Assembly: GCF_006345805.1 (NCBI RefSeq)
Contig: NC_043004.1
Location: forward strand, 103,292,001-103,356,000
DNA: 64,000 nucleotides
Reading direction: 5' to 3'
Source of the DNA: Octopus sinensis
Lineage: Eukaryota
Shown here in pieces: positions 12,456-25,200 of the stretch (position 1 is its first letter; every line of letters starts with the position of its first letter). A program made the position numbers and the translations under genes. Under the pieces are notes generated by a model that was not told the origin of the DNA, made no database searches, and was given only the letters and a program-made list of their open reading frames with translations.

Positions 12456-12681
12456 AAAGAAACTTCGTGTCTTAAAACAAAAACGAAAAGAAAATCATAA
12501 TCGCTAAGCAAATGTTCTTTCTAATTTGCAGATTTGCTGGTAAGATATTAAAAATCAACGGGAAAGAATGCATCAACATGGCGACTTTTAACTTCCTCGG
12601 TTTACTAGGTGACAAATCTGTTGAAGTAAGAGCTTTGAAATATCTACGTTGCGTACATTTATTCATACATACATACATACA

Positions 12682-12713
<32 letters not shown>

Positions 12714-13591
12714 CATACATACATACATACATACATACATGCATACATATATACATGCATGCATACATACATACATCATCATCATCATTGTTCGACCGTG
12801 GTCGAGACAATGGAATTTACCATGTTGCGCCAGACTTCACGGTCCATCATAGCATTACGGAGGTCCTGTTGCTGGATGCCTGTATCCCTGGAGATTACAT
12901 CAGGGTAGGAGAGTGTGCGCCCTCTGGTGTTGCGAGTAGATGGCTTCCAGAGGAGAAGAGTAGAAATTACTTCTTTTTCAGCTCTACAACAATGTCCAGC
13001 AAACTGGACTCTCCTACCTTTCACAAGAGATGACACAGGTGGTAATTTCCCATATATTTGCATTTTAGTTGGATGGCGCCTCCAAGAGAGATTTTGAGCT
13101 CTCATAAGGAGGCGAGTGTAGGTTCCATCCAACCGCCTCTCAAGCTTCTTTGATAACGTCCAGGTTTCTGAGCCATATAGTAGGATTGGTTCGACTGTGG
13201 CTTTGAATATTTCAAGTTTGAAGTCTCTACTTAATGACATGCATAAGATCTGGTCATCATACATACATACATACATACATGCATACATACATACATGCAT
13301 ACATACATACATGCATGCATACATACATACATACATACATACATACATACATACATACATACATACATACATACATACATACATACATGCATACATACAT
13401 ACATGCATACATACATATATACATGCATACATACATACATACATACATACATGCATACATACATACATACATGCATACATACATATATACATGCATACAT
13501 ACATACATACATGCATACATACATACATGCATACATACATATATACCTGCATACATACATACATGCATACATACATACATGCATACATGCA

Positions 13592-13625
<34 letters not shown>

Positions 13626-16600
13626 CATACATACATACATACATGCATATATATATATATATACATACATACATACATACATACATGCATACATACGTAC
13701 TTACGTACGTACGACCGTACATGCTTTAAAAAACTGTCTTCCACCCCCCAAAGCCTTTACATAGAAATTATCTCTTTATTTCCCAAGCTCCACAAATATA
13801 GAAGTAATGACAAAAAATATATCCAATAAATGTTCTGTAAAAAAGATATGATAACCGAAGAATATTATACTGCACTTTAACAAAATAAAGCAGTTAGAGT
13901 TTTCTCTAACAGCAGGAGGAGGGAGGAAGCACTCCGTCGGTTACGACGACGAGGGTTCCGGTTGATCAGATCAACGGAACAGCCTGCTCGTGAAATTAAC
14001 GTGTAAGTGGCTGAGCACTCCACAGACACGTGTACCCTTAACGTAGTTCTCGGGGATATTCAGCGTGACACAGAGAGTGACAAGGCCGGCCCTTTGAAAT
14101 ACAGGTACAACAGAAACAGGAAGTAAGTGTGAGAGAAAGTTGTTGTGAAAGAGTACAGCAGGGATCGCCACCACCCCCTGCCGGAGCCTTGTGGAGCTTT
14201 TAGGTGTTTTCGCTCAATAAACACTCACAACGCCCGGTCTGGGAATCGAAACCGCGATCCTACGACCGCGAGTCCGCTGCCCTAACCACTGGGCCATTGC
14301 GCCTCCACTCTAACAGCAGGACAGTATCCGACACTACATTTCCAGTGCAAGAACTGGAATATTTGATTTGTCTTTAAAGAAATCTGTTCTGTTGATGCTA
14401 AAAACCCACAAAATCCTGATATTAACTGGAAGCTTCCATTGACTTTATGATATTGTTAGTTTTTATGTTAAAAGAATGGAGATAGGAATGGGGATTGAGA
14501 TAAGTTCAGGAAGCCCTTGAACATCGCACATCGCTGAAATAGTAACTGCTAAACAGTAGCAGAAAGAATAAATACATCAGACAAGTTCTGAAAAGGAAAA
14601 AAGAGCATCTTACTGTTCAGGAGTGAATTCTTCAAGAAGTTCCCACTATATCTTTTCCGGTGACATTCCGTGCAATCTCAAAATTAATGGAACATCGTAC
14701 TTCAGAAAAAAATCTAAAAGAGAAATATTCTGCGTATCAGAAAGATGTCATGCATGAATGTTTCCTGTAACCTTGAAGATGGTGATAACATTAATAGGAT
14801 GTGTTGCCTCTTTTTGATCCGTGACCTTCATATATTTCGAAGATGATACTTTTGCAGTCCAAAAGTGAGAGATAGCTACACAATACCGGATCTTTTCTTT
14901 TTGAACGGCACTTTGTAACATAATTTCTAGGTAACTAAAAAGTTTTAAATTTCGTATACTGGTAGAATGTGTTTATAAAACATCATTTTCTCTTGGCTTT
15001 ATTGAGAAAATTATATATGTTGTAACATATTTCGTCTTTAATTTCGAGCATTTCGGCAATTTTAACCCGTCACTGGCGTCCATTTAGGTAAATAACATTC
15101 TGTGCATAATGAATATGTCCCGCCTTTAAGAAACAGATTGGGTTTATTTACATTTGTGAAGAAAAAAAGATACCCTTCCCCCACCCCTAACCCTAACCCT
15201 AATACCTAATGAAAAAATGACACAATGAAACCTTTAAATACCCAAGATGTGACACAAAGTTTTTTGCAATTATGTTGCAATTTTATATAAGCTATTACAC
15301 GTGTGATTAACAGCTGCTTAAAAATATCATTATGGTATTACCTCCAAATGTGACATGATGTTGCTGAAACAAAATACATGACCATCCACAAGAAAGACAT
15401 AAAGATAGAAAATATCAGTATCAATACAGTAAATATTGCCGGAAAATTCTCACCAAAATATCTTCCATAAGATATAGTGACTTTTTTTAATAGCAGAAAA
15501 TAAAGTCTGCTTTCAGTTATAGGGGTTCAGCTGCCCTGCAGGTGTAACCATCCTTTTTCAAAATTTGCGTGAATTGGAATATTTACGGAAAACTACTTTG
15601 AAACCTATTGCTTCTCTACTTAGGTTATAAATTCAAATTTATACTGATAATTGTTGATCCGCTTCATTGTGTTAGTTAATATTTACTGAACAAACTTGAA
15701 AAGTTGGAGTTTTCAGGAAAAGAAACTGGAAAGCTATCATTCACACTGCAGATACGATCTGAAAACGGATGAGTAAAAATAAGCTCAACTTTTCTGAAGT
15801 TCAATGGGTTGTTGTGATCTAAATTTAAACGATGTAGTTTCTTCATAAAATTAATTCAAATAACTATAAAAGAAAGGTAACATATTCATATCATAGTCGA
15901 ACAAGTATCTAGAAAAAAGGTATTTGGAGATGATAAGCAACTCCTAATCAACAAACTTGTGATGACAAGATGCAACGAGATAGGAGGGTAGGAATTTAGT
16001 TGCAGTCTAGATCGATTACAAGAAAACTTTGTACCCCATGCGTCAATGCTTGTAGCTCTTCGATTTGCTAGAGTTCCAGAGACCATAACCAAAGCCATAA
16101 ACAATCTAGATTCATCCTGAACAAACATTCTGAAGTTAACTAAAAGTAGTGATTGCGATATTTCTATTGGGATAAAATACCGCAGCGATTACTCAGATAA
16201 CTCGCTTCTGACTTTAACACAGTATTGGATAACACAGTCCTAAACTGAAGATGGGTTGGTCACAGTTGAAATTCTTTTGATCATAGGTCTAAACTGAAGA
16301 CGGGCTGTCATAGTTGGAATACTGTTGAGCATAGGTCTGCTTAATTAGTGTCGACCTGAAACTAAACAACTACAACTTCATCCAGAAGATGAGACTGTTA
16401 AAATTCGGAAACGTTTGTGATGTATTCGGAAGAACACATCATATTGTCTTAAGCTCTTCAACACCAGCCTCGGAAAATATACTTGTAGATACAAAATGCT
16501 GTAAAACTGCCCTACATACATCTGGCGACCCGATTCAGCTTCATACAGAAAAATACCTTATGAACCGTCACTTGTCTTAGAAAATTACTCAGTACACAAA

Positions 16601-19247
16601 CAGTCCACCACATATATACCCAATGATCCTGACATCATTCTCCTTGACAAAAATTACATTAGTGTACTAATTATCAACTTAAGACTATAATGTTGTACAG
16701 AAGTGAGCAGAAAAAACTAAAGAATTACAAAGGCTTAACAATTCGGTTAAAAATAGTTAAGGAGTGTATCCATTCTCTCATTTGTAACTGGTACAATTAG
16801 AATGGTACACAACACCTTATAACTATATCAATGATACACATTGATACAAGGATAGAGAAAGACAAGTTCCATAAAACAGTTATACAAGGATCTTTAAATC
16901 GTATTGTCAGTGCATTCTCACACAATATTTGTAAAGCTTGAACATTTTCGTTAACTTTTAATATCATTGATAATATTAAGCATTTGTAGACATGTACCTA
17001 ATTCATGTTTTATGTAAAGAAACTTTTGATGGATTTCTCAAACCATGAGTAATGTAATAATCATAATCATATAAAATTTGCTTTAAAACATGTGTCAAGT
17101 AAACACTAAAAATATGGAAACTAACAAAACCCACGAATATAATTAAGGCGACGAGCTGGTAGAAACGTTAGCACGTCGGACGAAATGCTTAGCGATATTT
17201 CGTCTGTCTTTAAGTTCTGAGTTTAAATTCCGCCGAGGTCGACTTTGCCTTTCATCCTTTCGGGGTCAATAAATTAAGTACCAGTTGCGTATTGGGGTCG
17301 ATCTAATCGACTGCCCCCCCCCCCCAAAAAAAAAAAATTTCGGGCCTTGTGCCTAAAGTAGAAAAGAATATGATAAGATAATGAGTCGGGGATAAGACCA
17401 ATCAGAATAGCAAATATTTTCTCTTTCTCTCTCGTCAGACTGGGATAGGGATTTCGTGGTTAGCTATTGGAAAAGTTGACAGATGCCTCCAGAATTGCTT
17501 CCGGTGCCGCCTTCTGTTGTGGTGCAATTTCCGTACTTTATTATTGATGTTATCATTTTTGTCTTTTGAACTTTCTGGACAGAAAACCCTTAAATTGCTG
17601 TTACTATCCTTAAGTCCTTCCTATCAGTATCCTCTATAGAATACAACCATGGGATTGTGTTGAGATATTGCAAGGCCATGAGGTCTTGTATGTCCTTAGC
17701 AACCCTACCCGACTGCATCGCTAGAAGTGATGTCAGACAGAACATCTTGCCATATTGTACAACGAAAGTGACTACGAGCCAGTGATGGACATCATCATTG
17801 CTGTCCTTGATGGGGGACCCTGATGTGTTTCCTCAAATATTATAAGTCTAGTTTATGGCCGTGTGAATCTTGTATGATTTGGGTTTATGGACACGATTGT
17901 TAATGTTTGTTTTAGGACCACTCGAACAAAGACCTCTACAACGCTCAGCATGGAGATTCCGCTGTAGTTGATACAATCTCTTCTATTCCCTTTGTTCTGG
18001 TGTTGTTTTGAATGCCCTGTGTCATTGCTATTTCTTTCCAATATTTTCACAGTAGTTTGTATAGATGATGTAATAGGATGCTCTTTGGACACCTGATGGC
18101 CTCTAGTGGAATGCCATCCAATCCTGGTGTCTTGCCAGTTGGAAGACAGTCAATAGCTTTTCTTAGTTCTTCAACAGCCAGCTGTGTATCTAATTCTTCC
18201 ATCACTGTCAGATATTTCACAGAGTCCAGCATACAGTCCGAAATGATGTTTTATGTGAAGCAGAGTTTGAAATAATGCATTACCCATATTTCTATCCACT
18301 TCATTTTGTCTTTGATAGTCTCACTTGTTACGGGTTTTAGCGGTTCTGACATGCTAATGGTTAGGCTAAAAGCCTTCCTTATTCACTCATACATTCCATA
18401 GATGTCACCTTTGTCAAATGATGATTGAATACCTTTGCAAAGTTGTAACCAGTAGTCATTTGCTCAGCGTCAAGATGTTTTCTGGGCCTTGACTCTTGAT
18501 TTCCTTAATGCTTGCAAAGTTGTTCGGGTGGGGTGACATTTATGTTCGAGTAGCACAGTACAATTTGAATCAATGACAGGGGTGAGGTTGCCCGAACTTG
18601 CTTCAAACCAATGCTTTGCCCTACACTTCCGTTTCTTACGAAACACCTTCAGTGCAGCACTGTAAATGGAATTTCTGAGAGGATCCTATCACATCTTCCT
18701 CCAGTAACTTGACGAACTCTTCTAGATGTAATAATCCTTTCTACTATAGGCACAAGGCCTGAAATTTGTGGAGGGGAGTAAGTCGATCACATCAACCCTA
18801 GTGTTTCACTGGTACTTAATTTATCGACCCCGAAAGGCTGAAAGGCAAAGTCGACCCCGGTGGAATTTGAAATCAGAACGTAAAGACGGACGAAATGCCG
18901 CTAACCATTGGTTCTAGTTGTAATCTGCACTGTAAAGAATCGAGGCATGAGCACATTCCTCAAAAAGCAGAGTTCTTGTAATTATTAGGCCTTGCTGGTG
19001 CCAGCGTTTTGAGCAGGGGTGTTTCTAAGGCACTTTATGCAAGGTTTATTTTAGAAGTGCGTGTTGGTGATACACAGTAACTGGATTGTGCCCAACTGGT
19101 CCTTATTTTTACGACCCCGAAAGCATGAAAGGCAAAGTCGACTCCGGTGGCATTTGAACTCACAACATAAAGAGGGACGAAATGCTACTAAGCATACTTG
19201 TCCGACGTGCCAACGATTCTGCCAGCTTCCAGCCTAATAATAATAAT

Positions 19248-19289
<42 letters not shown>

Positions 19290-22200
19290 AATAATAATAC
19301 TTCCTATTATAGGCACAAGGCCTGAAATTTTGGGGGAAGGGACTAATCGATTACATCGACCCAGTACTCAGCTGGTACTTAATTTATTGACCCCGAAATA
19401 ATGAAAGGTAAAGTGAACCTCGGCGGGATTATAATAACAACAACAACAGCAACAACAACAACAAAAACAATAACGATAGCGATAACAGTGACGATGACAA
19501 TGATGATGATGATGATGATTTTAAGCATTAAAAATGATAACAGACCAAAAGTAATAATGTTCTCTATATTCTCGATTTCAGAAGGAAAGCATAAAACGAT
19601 TGAGATATTATGGTGTTGGCACATGTGGACCACGTGGTTTCTACGGCACCACAGGTAAGGAAATGATTCAGGAACGTATTTATTATGAGAGTTTATATGA
19701 AATGTCAACGATTGTAGCGATGGTTACTGCACTTAGCTCTTGATCAGGCTTGATCCAGTAAACCTGTGATCAAAGACATTCCATCCATTACTTTCGTGTT
19801 TTACGCTTTGAGACACTGTACATAGGATTGCATTATCCAATGTGTCCTTTATATTTTTTGATACTGTAGCATTGGATTCCTCGTAGATTGAACGATTGTG
19901 TAGGTGTCCTCATTGAGTCACTGAGATTGCCTTGTAAGTAAACCACATGCAATCAAACATGGTAACAATTCGACATGTGAAACCGTTAATCTACACGCGT
20001 CTTTTTTTCTCGCTCCGTTTTTTATTTCCTCATTGCTTTCTGTCGAAGAGCGTAGACTCGAAACGTCAAAGAAGTTTCTATTTTTCCTGAGTGCCGAACT
20101 AATACACCTTGTTTGTTGCTCCCTCGCCCGTGTCAGTCTTTTGTTTTTTGTACATTTGCACCATGATAACAAACCTAAGGATATTTGAAATATTTAATAT
20201 ATTTATATATTTTTACTTATTTTATAAATTTATATATTTTTAAAATTAATTACATTTTGCTTCTAATACTGAGCTCAGGCAGAGACTTAATTAATGACAT
20301 TTAACTTCTATCATCAGCAATATGCGAGAGAGGGGTGAACGAATTCCGATGAATTGTGAAATAACAAGGAAAATTATTAGTTCGATAATCAACCTAAATT
20401 GATGTAAAGGCAATCGGGGAACTTTTTTTATTTTTTTCAGCTAGACTTCTGTCTCAGTATACATTCGTTAGCTTTTTTTGCAGTAGCTTAACATCACAGG
20501 TGCGACCATGATTGAGTGGTCTCAATGATAACGGTCCGAAACCACGATGATACTTTGGTCATTGACTGACGAGGAAAATTCAGCTGCGAATATTCCGTGT
20601 ATCGTATCCTTGTCTATATTCCCCGTCTGTTAAGTTTTCATCTCGTTTCCTGTTTGCTCTGCTTTCGTCTAACTTTTTCTCCTTGTTGTGTTCTGTCTGT
20701 TCAATCATTGATACATATACATACAGTGATATGAGTCTGCCTATATATTTACTCATAACGTAGCTGTTTTGGTACTCTAACATCTATTGTGTGGCAGAAT
20801 CGTTAGCACGCCGGGCGAAATGCTTAGCAGTATTTCGTCTGCCGCTACGTTCTGATTTCAAATTCCGCCGAAATCGACTTTGCTTTCATCCTTTCGGGAT
20901 CGATTAAATAAGTACCAGTTACGCACTGGGGTCGATATAATCGACTTACCCGTTTGTCTGTCCTCTCTGTGTTTAGCCCCTTGTGGGCAGTAAAGAAATA
21001 GGTATTTCGTCTGCCGTTACGTTCTGAGTTCAAATTCCGCCGAGGTCGACTTTACCTTTCATCCTTTCGGGGTCGATTAAATAAGTACCGGTTACGCACT
21101 GGGGTCGATGTAATCGACTTAATCTCTTTGTCTGTCCTTGTTTGTCCCCCCTATGTCTACCCCACCCCTGCGAGCAATAAAGAAATAAATATCTATTGTG
21201 TCATAATACAAATGAATTTATGCCGCCAGGTTCATAATTGTTTACATTCCAATAAGCAGTCTTTAGCTAATATCATCGGCAGCAAGGAAGGAGAAGAAGT
21301 GAGTCAATCCTGATGAATATTTGAAATGAAACTTCGTGTGTCCAGTTTTTTCACAGAGAATGAATTTGTGAAAAATGGTTTGCATACGTTAATAATCACA
21401 AGATGTCGTTGAGCAGTTTAGCCCCTTGTATTCATGAGGATAAGTCACTAGACAACAAACTGGCATATTGAGAAACTAATGAAAACGGTACAAAAGTGTA
21501 GAAGGCAGCTTATTAAGGATTCCTACATAAAGTGAAGAGGTGTCAGCAGCTCTAATCTAGATTGGGGCGTGTTGATTGGTTGGTCATTTAAGTGTTAGCG
21601 TAAGATATATTTTGAACTAACCAACAATTTCTAATTTTTCTTTCCAATTACAAAATGTGTTGGTAGTTCAAGATTTACATAGTATTCAATAATATTTTAA
21701 TCATCTCAGTCAAAGGAGTGTAGTCATACCGGGGTACCTCTTTATATCAAACTCTGGTACTTTGCCCGCTATTTATTTTACCAGCTTCAGAAAGAGGAAA
21801 AACGAAGCTGGTAAGGCGGCGAGCTGGCAGAACCGTTAGCACGCCGGGCGAAATGCGTAGCCGCATTTCGTCTGCCGTTACGTTCTGAGTTCAAATTCCA
21901 CCGAGGTCGACTTTGCCTTTCATCCTTTCGGGGTCGATTAAATAAGTACCAGTTACGCACTGGGGTCGATATAATCGACTTAATCCCTTTGTCTGTCCTT
22001 GTTTGTCTCCTCTGTGTTTAGCCCCTTGTGGGTAGTAAAGAAATAGGTATGGTAGCGTTTTAAATTTAGGTGTAGAACGACGTTACAAATACCATACATT
22101 ATTTTATTCGATGCTCTACCGATTCTGCCATTTCACTGCTTAGAATTTAATAAATTTTACATTTCGCGAAACAGTGGGCCAATAATTTAAATATGACCTT

Positions 22201-25200
22201 TGGTCATATAATGCTGGTCAAATTTGCCGTCATATTGTACGTATCGTACAGAAAGTCAATTAGTAGAGTCGTTAAGGCATTGAACAAATTGATTTTCGGT
22301 TCGATAAATGTTCTGACCCTCCCTGTTCTGAATTTAAGTCCCACCAAGATCAACTTTGCCTTTCATCTAGAGTGGGAGGAAGGGTCAGTTCTCTTTCTTT
22401 CGTGTTTATCTCTCTACCTTACTTTCTGGTAGAAATTAGCTGCGATCAGAGCTGGTGATGGGTGAGATCCACCAGGTTAGAAAAAACAAAAGGAGCCTAT
22501 TATGCGCCGTATATCACGGCAGTGCCTCTATGATTCCATCAATGAGATGAGAGTCAAAAGCAAAGACAAGTATGTATCACATTATGTTTAGCGATTAACA
22601 GACCGCCCCCGCCCCTAACTTTAGCATGATATTCAAAATAATTATTTACACTCAATATAAAAGTGCTATGAAAAGCTCAGCTTTTTCTATTTGCTCCATA
22701 TTATTCCAGAATTTATTTTTATATCAGCACTTCTAACAGTGCAAAATAGAATTTCACCAGCTCAGAACATCTCTGCCCAAAAGAATAAATTCTTCACTCC
22801 CATTTGAACTTTCCCTTGACACTAACGAATTTGAGGGTAAGTTGGTCGGTTTTTTTTTTGTTTTTTTTTTGTTTTTTTTACAGACCTAGTGACCGGGTTA
22901 AGTTTCTTTCTGACCATGAAACTGTGGATGTTTTGTAATATGACAAAATTTATGAACTAAACTAACTTTTTGTTACTATATTTCAACAGATACACACTTG
23001 GAATGTGAAGAGCGATTCTGTGACTATATGGATACCGAAATGGCTGTTTTATACTCACATGGATTTCTTACTGTTACGAGTGCAATGGCCACGTATTCAA
23101 AACGTCATGACGTCATATTTTGGTAAGTATACCATGCAAACATCGGACATTGCACACATTAATTTATGGTTTTATAACTGCCATTCTGTAACTCCACAGT
23201 ATTAACGATAACTGTATTCGTCATACATTTCTCCCACCTTATTTTCTACGATGCATTTACCATTTTATTTATCGTTTGGTCAGAGAATGAGGGACATTGA
23301 TCCTGACCTTCTTCAGAACCTTCAAAGGAAGGAAGAAGTTATTCTTAAAACAGAGACCTGGTTTAAATGATTGCAACAAAGTAATGTATACTTAGGTCAC
23401 GTATGAGCTTAGCTAAATGATTATGCGTTAAGCTATAGATACGTTAATTTAACTCTTGCGAGAAAACTGTGATTTTGTGAATGAAATTTGGTAAACAGAC
23501 AGACTTCACTTGTTCGTGGAATAGACTTAATCCGTCCCTTTGCTCCATGCCACCATCATTCCCTTGGGTAGCTTTAGCATTAACTACTCTTGTATTTTGA
23601 CCCCCATCTCTGATTTCCTGTCTGAAGTTTTCTTCATCTTACAAGACTTGGATGTATTAAAAATAGTTTGATGAGCACTGATTATCCTTCTGTGACTGAC
23701 CCATAAAAAAAAGTTTGTTAATCTATGCGAAGAACGGACAACATAAGATGCTGACTGAAACTCGGAAGGTTTGGCTTAGTGGAAAATTTAATCCTCTCTT
23801 AACATTTCGTCGATATTTTAGATAGCGACACATCTCCAAGCATTCTAATCTCGTTTCAGAAGATTCTGCATGCTGAATCAATTTACGCTTATAGCAATTT
23901 GGTATATCAGTAGTGGTGGTGATTGTTGTTATATTGTCTTAAGTGAGCTTTGATCCAGCCTTAACTTCACTACTTGATATTACCATATTTGTAGCACGTT
24001 GGTAGTTAAATACAGATCATGTGTGACAACGCATTGTGAAGATTAGTGCATAGATATCACGTTATTGGTTAACTATTTGCCGCTAATAACTTCAAGTGTT
24101 GCTCGATCAGCAAGAAAAAAGAAACAAACCCTGAAATCACAGCTTATTGTCTTGCAGAATATATGATGTTTTTGTATCATACAGTCCTAGATACACAAAG
24201 TATCAAGTCGAGATGACCATGGTCAGAAAGTCTATGATACTAAGTCTGTCTTATCAGGATAATCCAGAGACTGAAGAATGGCAATTATTGTTCCTAAGTA
24301 ATACTTCCTATGTAAACTAGAGTATAAAAAGTAAGTCTTCATAAATTACCTATGAACCATCTTTTTTTTTTTCCACTTGTTTCAGTTTTTGAAGTGTGGC
24401 CATGCTGGAGCACCGCCTTGAAGGATTTAGTCGAACAAATCGATTCTAGTACTTATTTTAAGTCTGGTACTTATTCTATTGGTTTCTTTTGCTAAACCGC
24501 TATGTTACGTAAACAAGCCAACACCGGCTGTCACACACACCAAAACCATAGTTGTCCTTCGTATGGCCTGGTAACATGTACCATGCTTTCGCTAATTGTT
24601 TTAGGTGTCTACGTTGGTCATCGCTAGCAGGCATAGACATTCTCTCATCCCTCTCGCCATAACATCCTGAATACTGTTTTCCATTTCGTTCAATAGTTAA
24701 GATTGTTAAGTAAACGTCTGCCATATACACTATTTTTTCGACGAATTAGACGATTCGGGGAAAAGTTAAGAGAAGAGGAAAGATTCTAAATTCATCGTCA
24801 GTACAGAGTACGAATATGGAAAAAGTATCAAGAATTGAGATGAATGGCATTACTGTCTGGAACAAATGAGAGAGGCTGATCGAAGCAGAAGAGAAAATAC
24901 GAATGAGAACAAAAGAAAACCGTCTCCAGAAAACAGCAAAGGAACATTAATTTACCTTTCATTTTGGAGAGATATCAGTCTCCAAAAGCGTTTATTATTT
25001 TCAATAACAATAAATAATTTTGAAGGATAAACATTCGTAAATGTTACAATATTTTTCTTGAGTTTGTATTTTATCATCAATTAGCAATATCGCCCGGCGT
25101 TGCTCGGGTTTGTTTTCTTTTCGACCTTTTAGAATTGGAATTTTTGAAAAGTAAAAATGTTGCATTATGTAGCTTGTTATTCTCTTTAAGTGAACATTTT

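Noticed and set aside
12785-13744. 319-aa ORF, the longest after actin
   Set aside because: A (TATG)n-derived MYVC run read in frame into an RTE C-terminal fragment; no evidence of a real start or full RT.
13971-14174. Recurrent 60-80 aa ORFs ([11 protein letters not shown]..., [11 protein letters not shown]..., [10 protein letters not shown]...)
   Set aside because: Chance ORFs inside SINE consensus sequences, repeated with each copy.
15185-15203. (CCCTAA)n as a telomere or fusion scar
   Set aside because: Only about three units, lying at the end of a dispersed repeat.
23600-24950. Faint LINE-like peptide traces near 23650-23880 and 24700-24950
   Set aside because: Too decayed to assign boundaries or family by eye.
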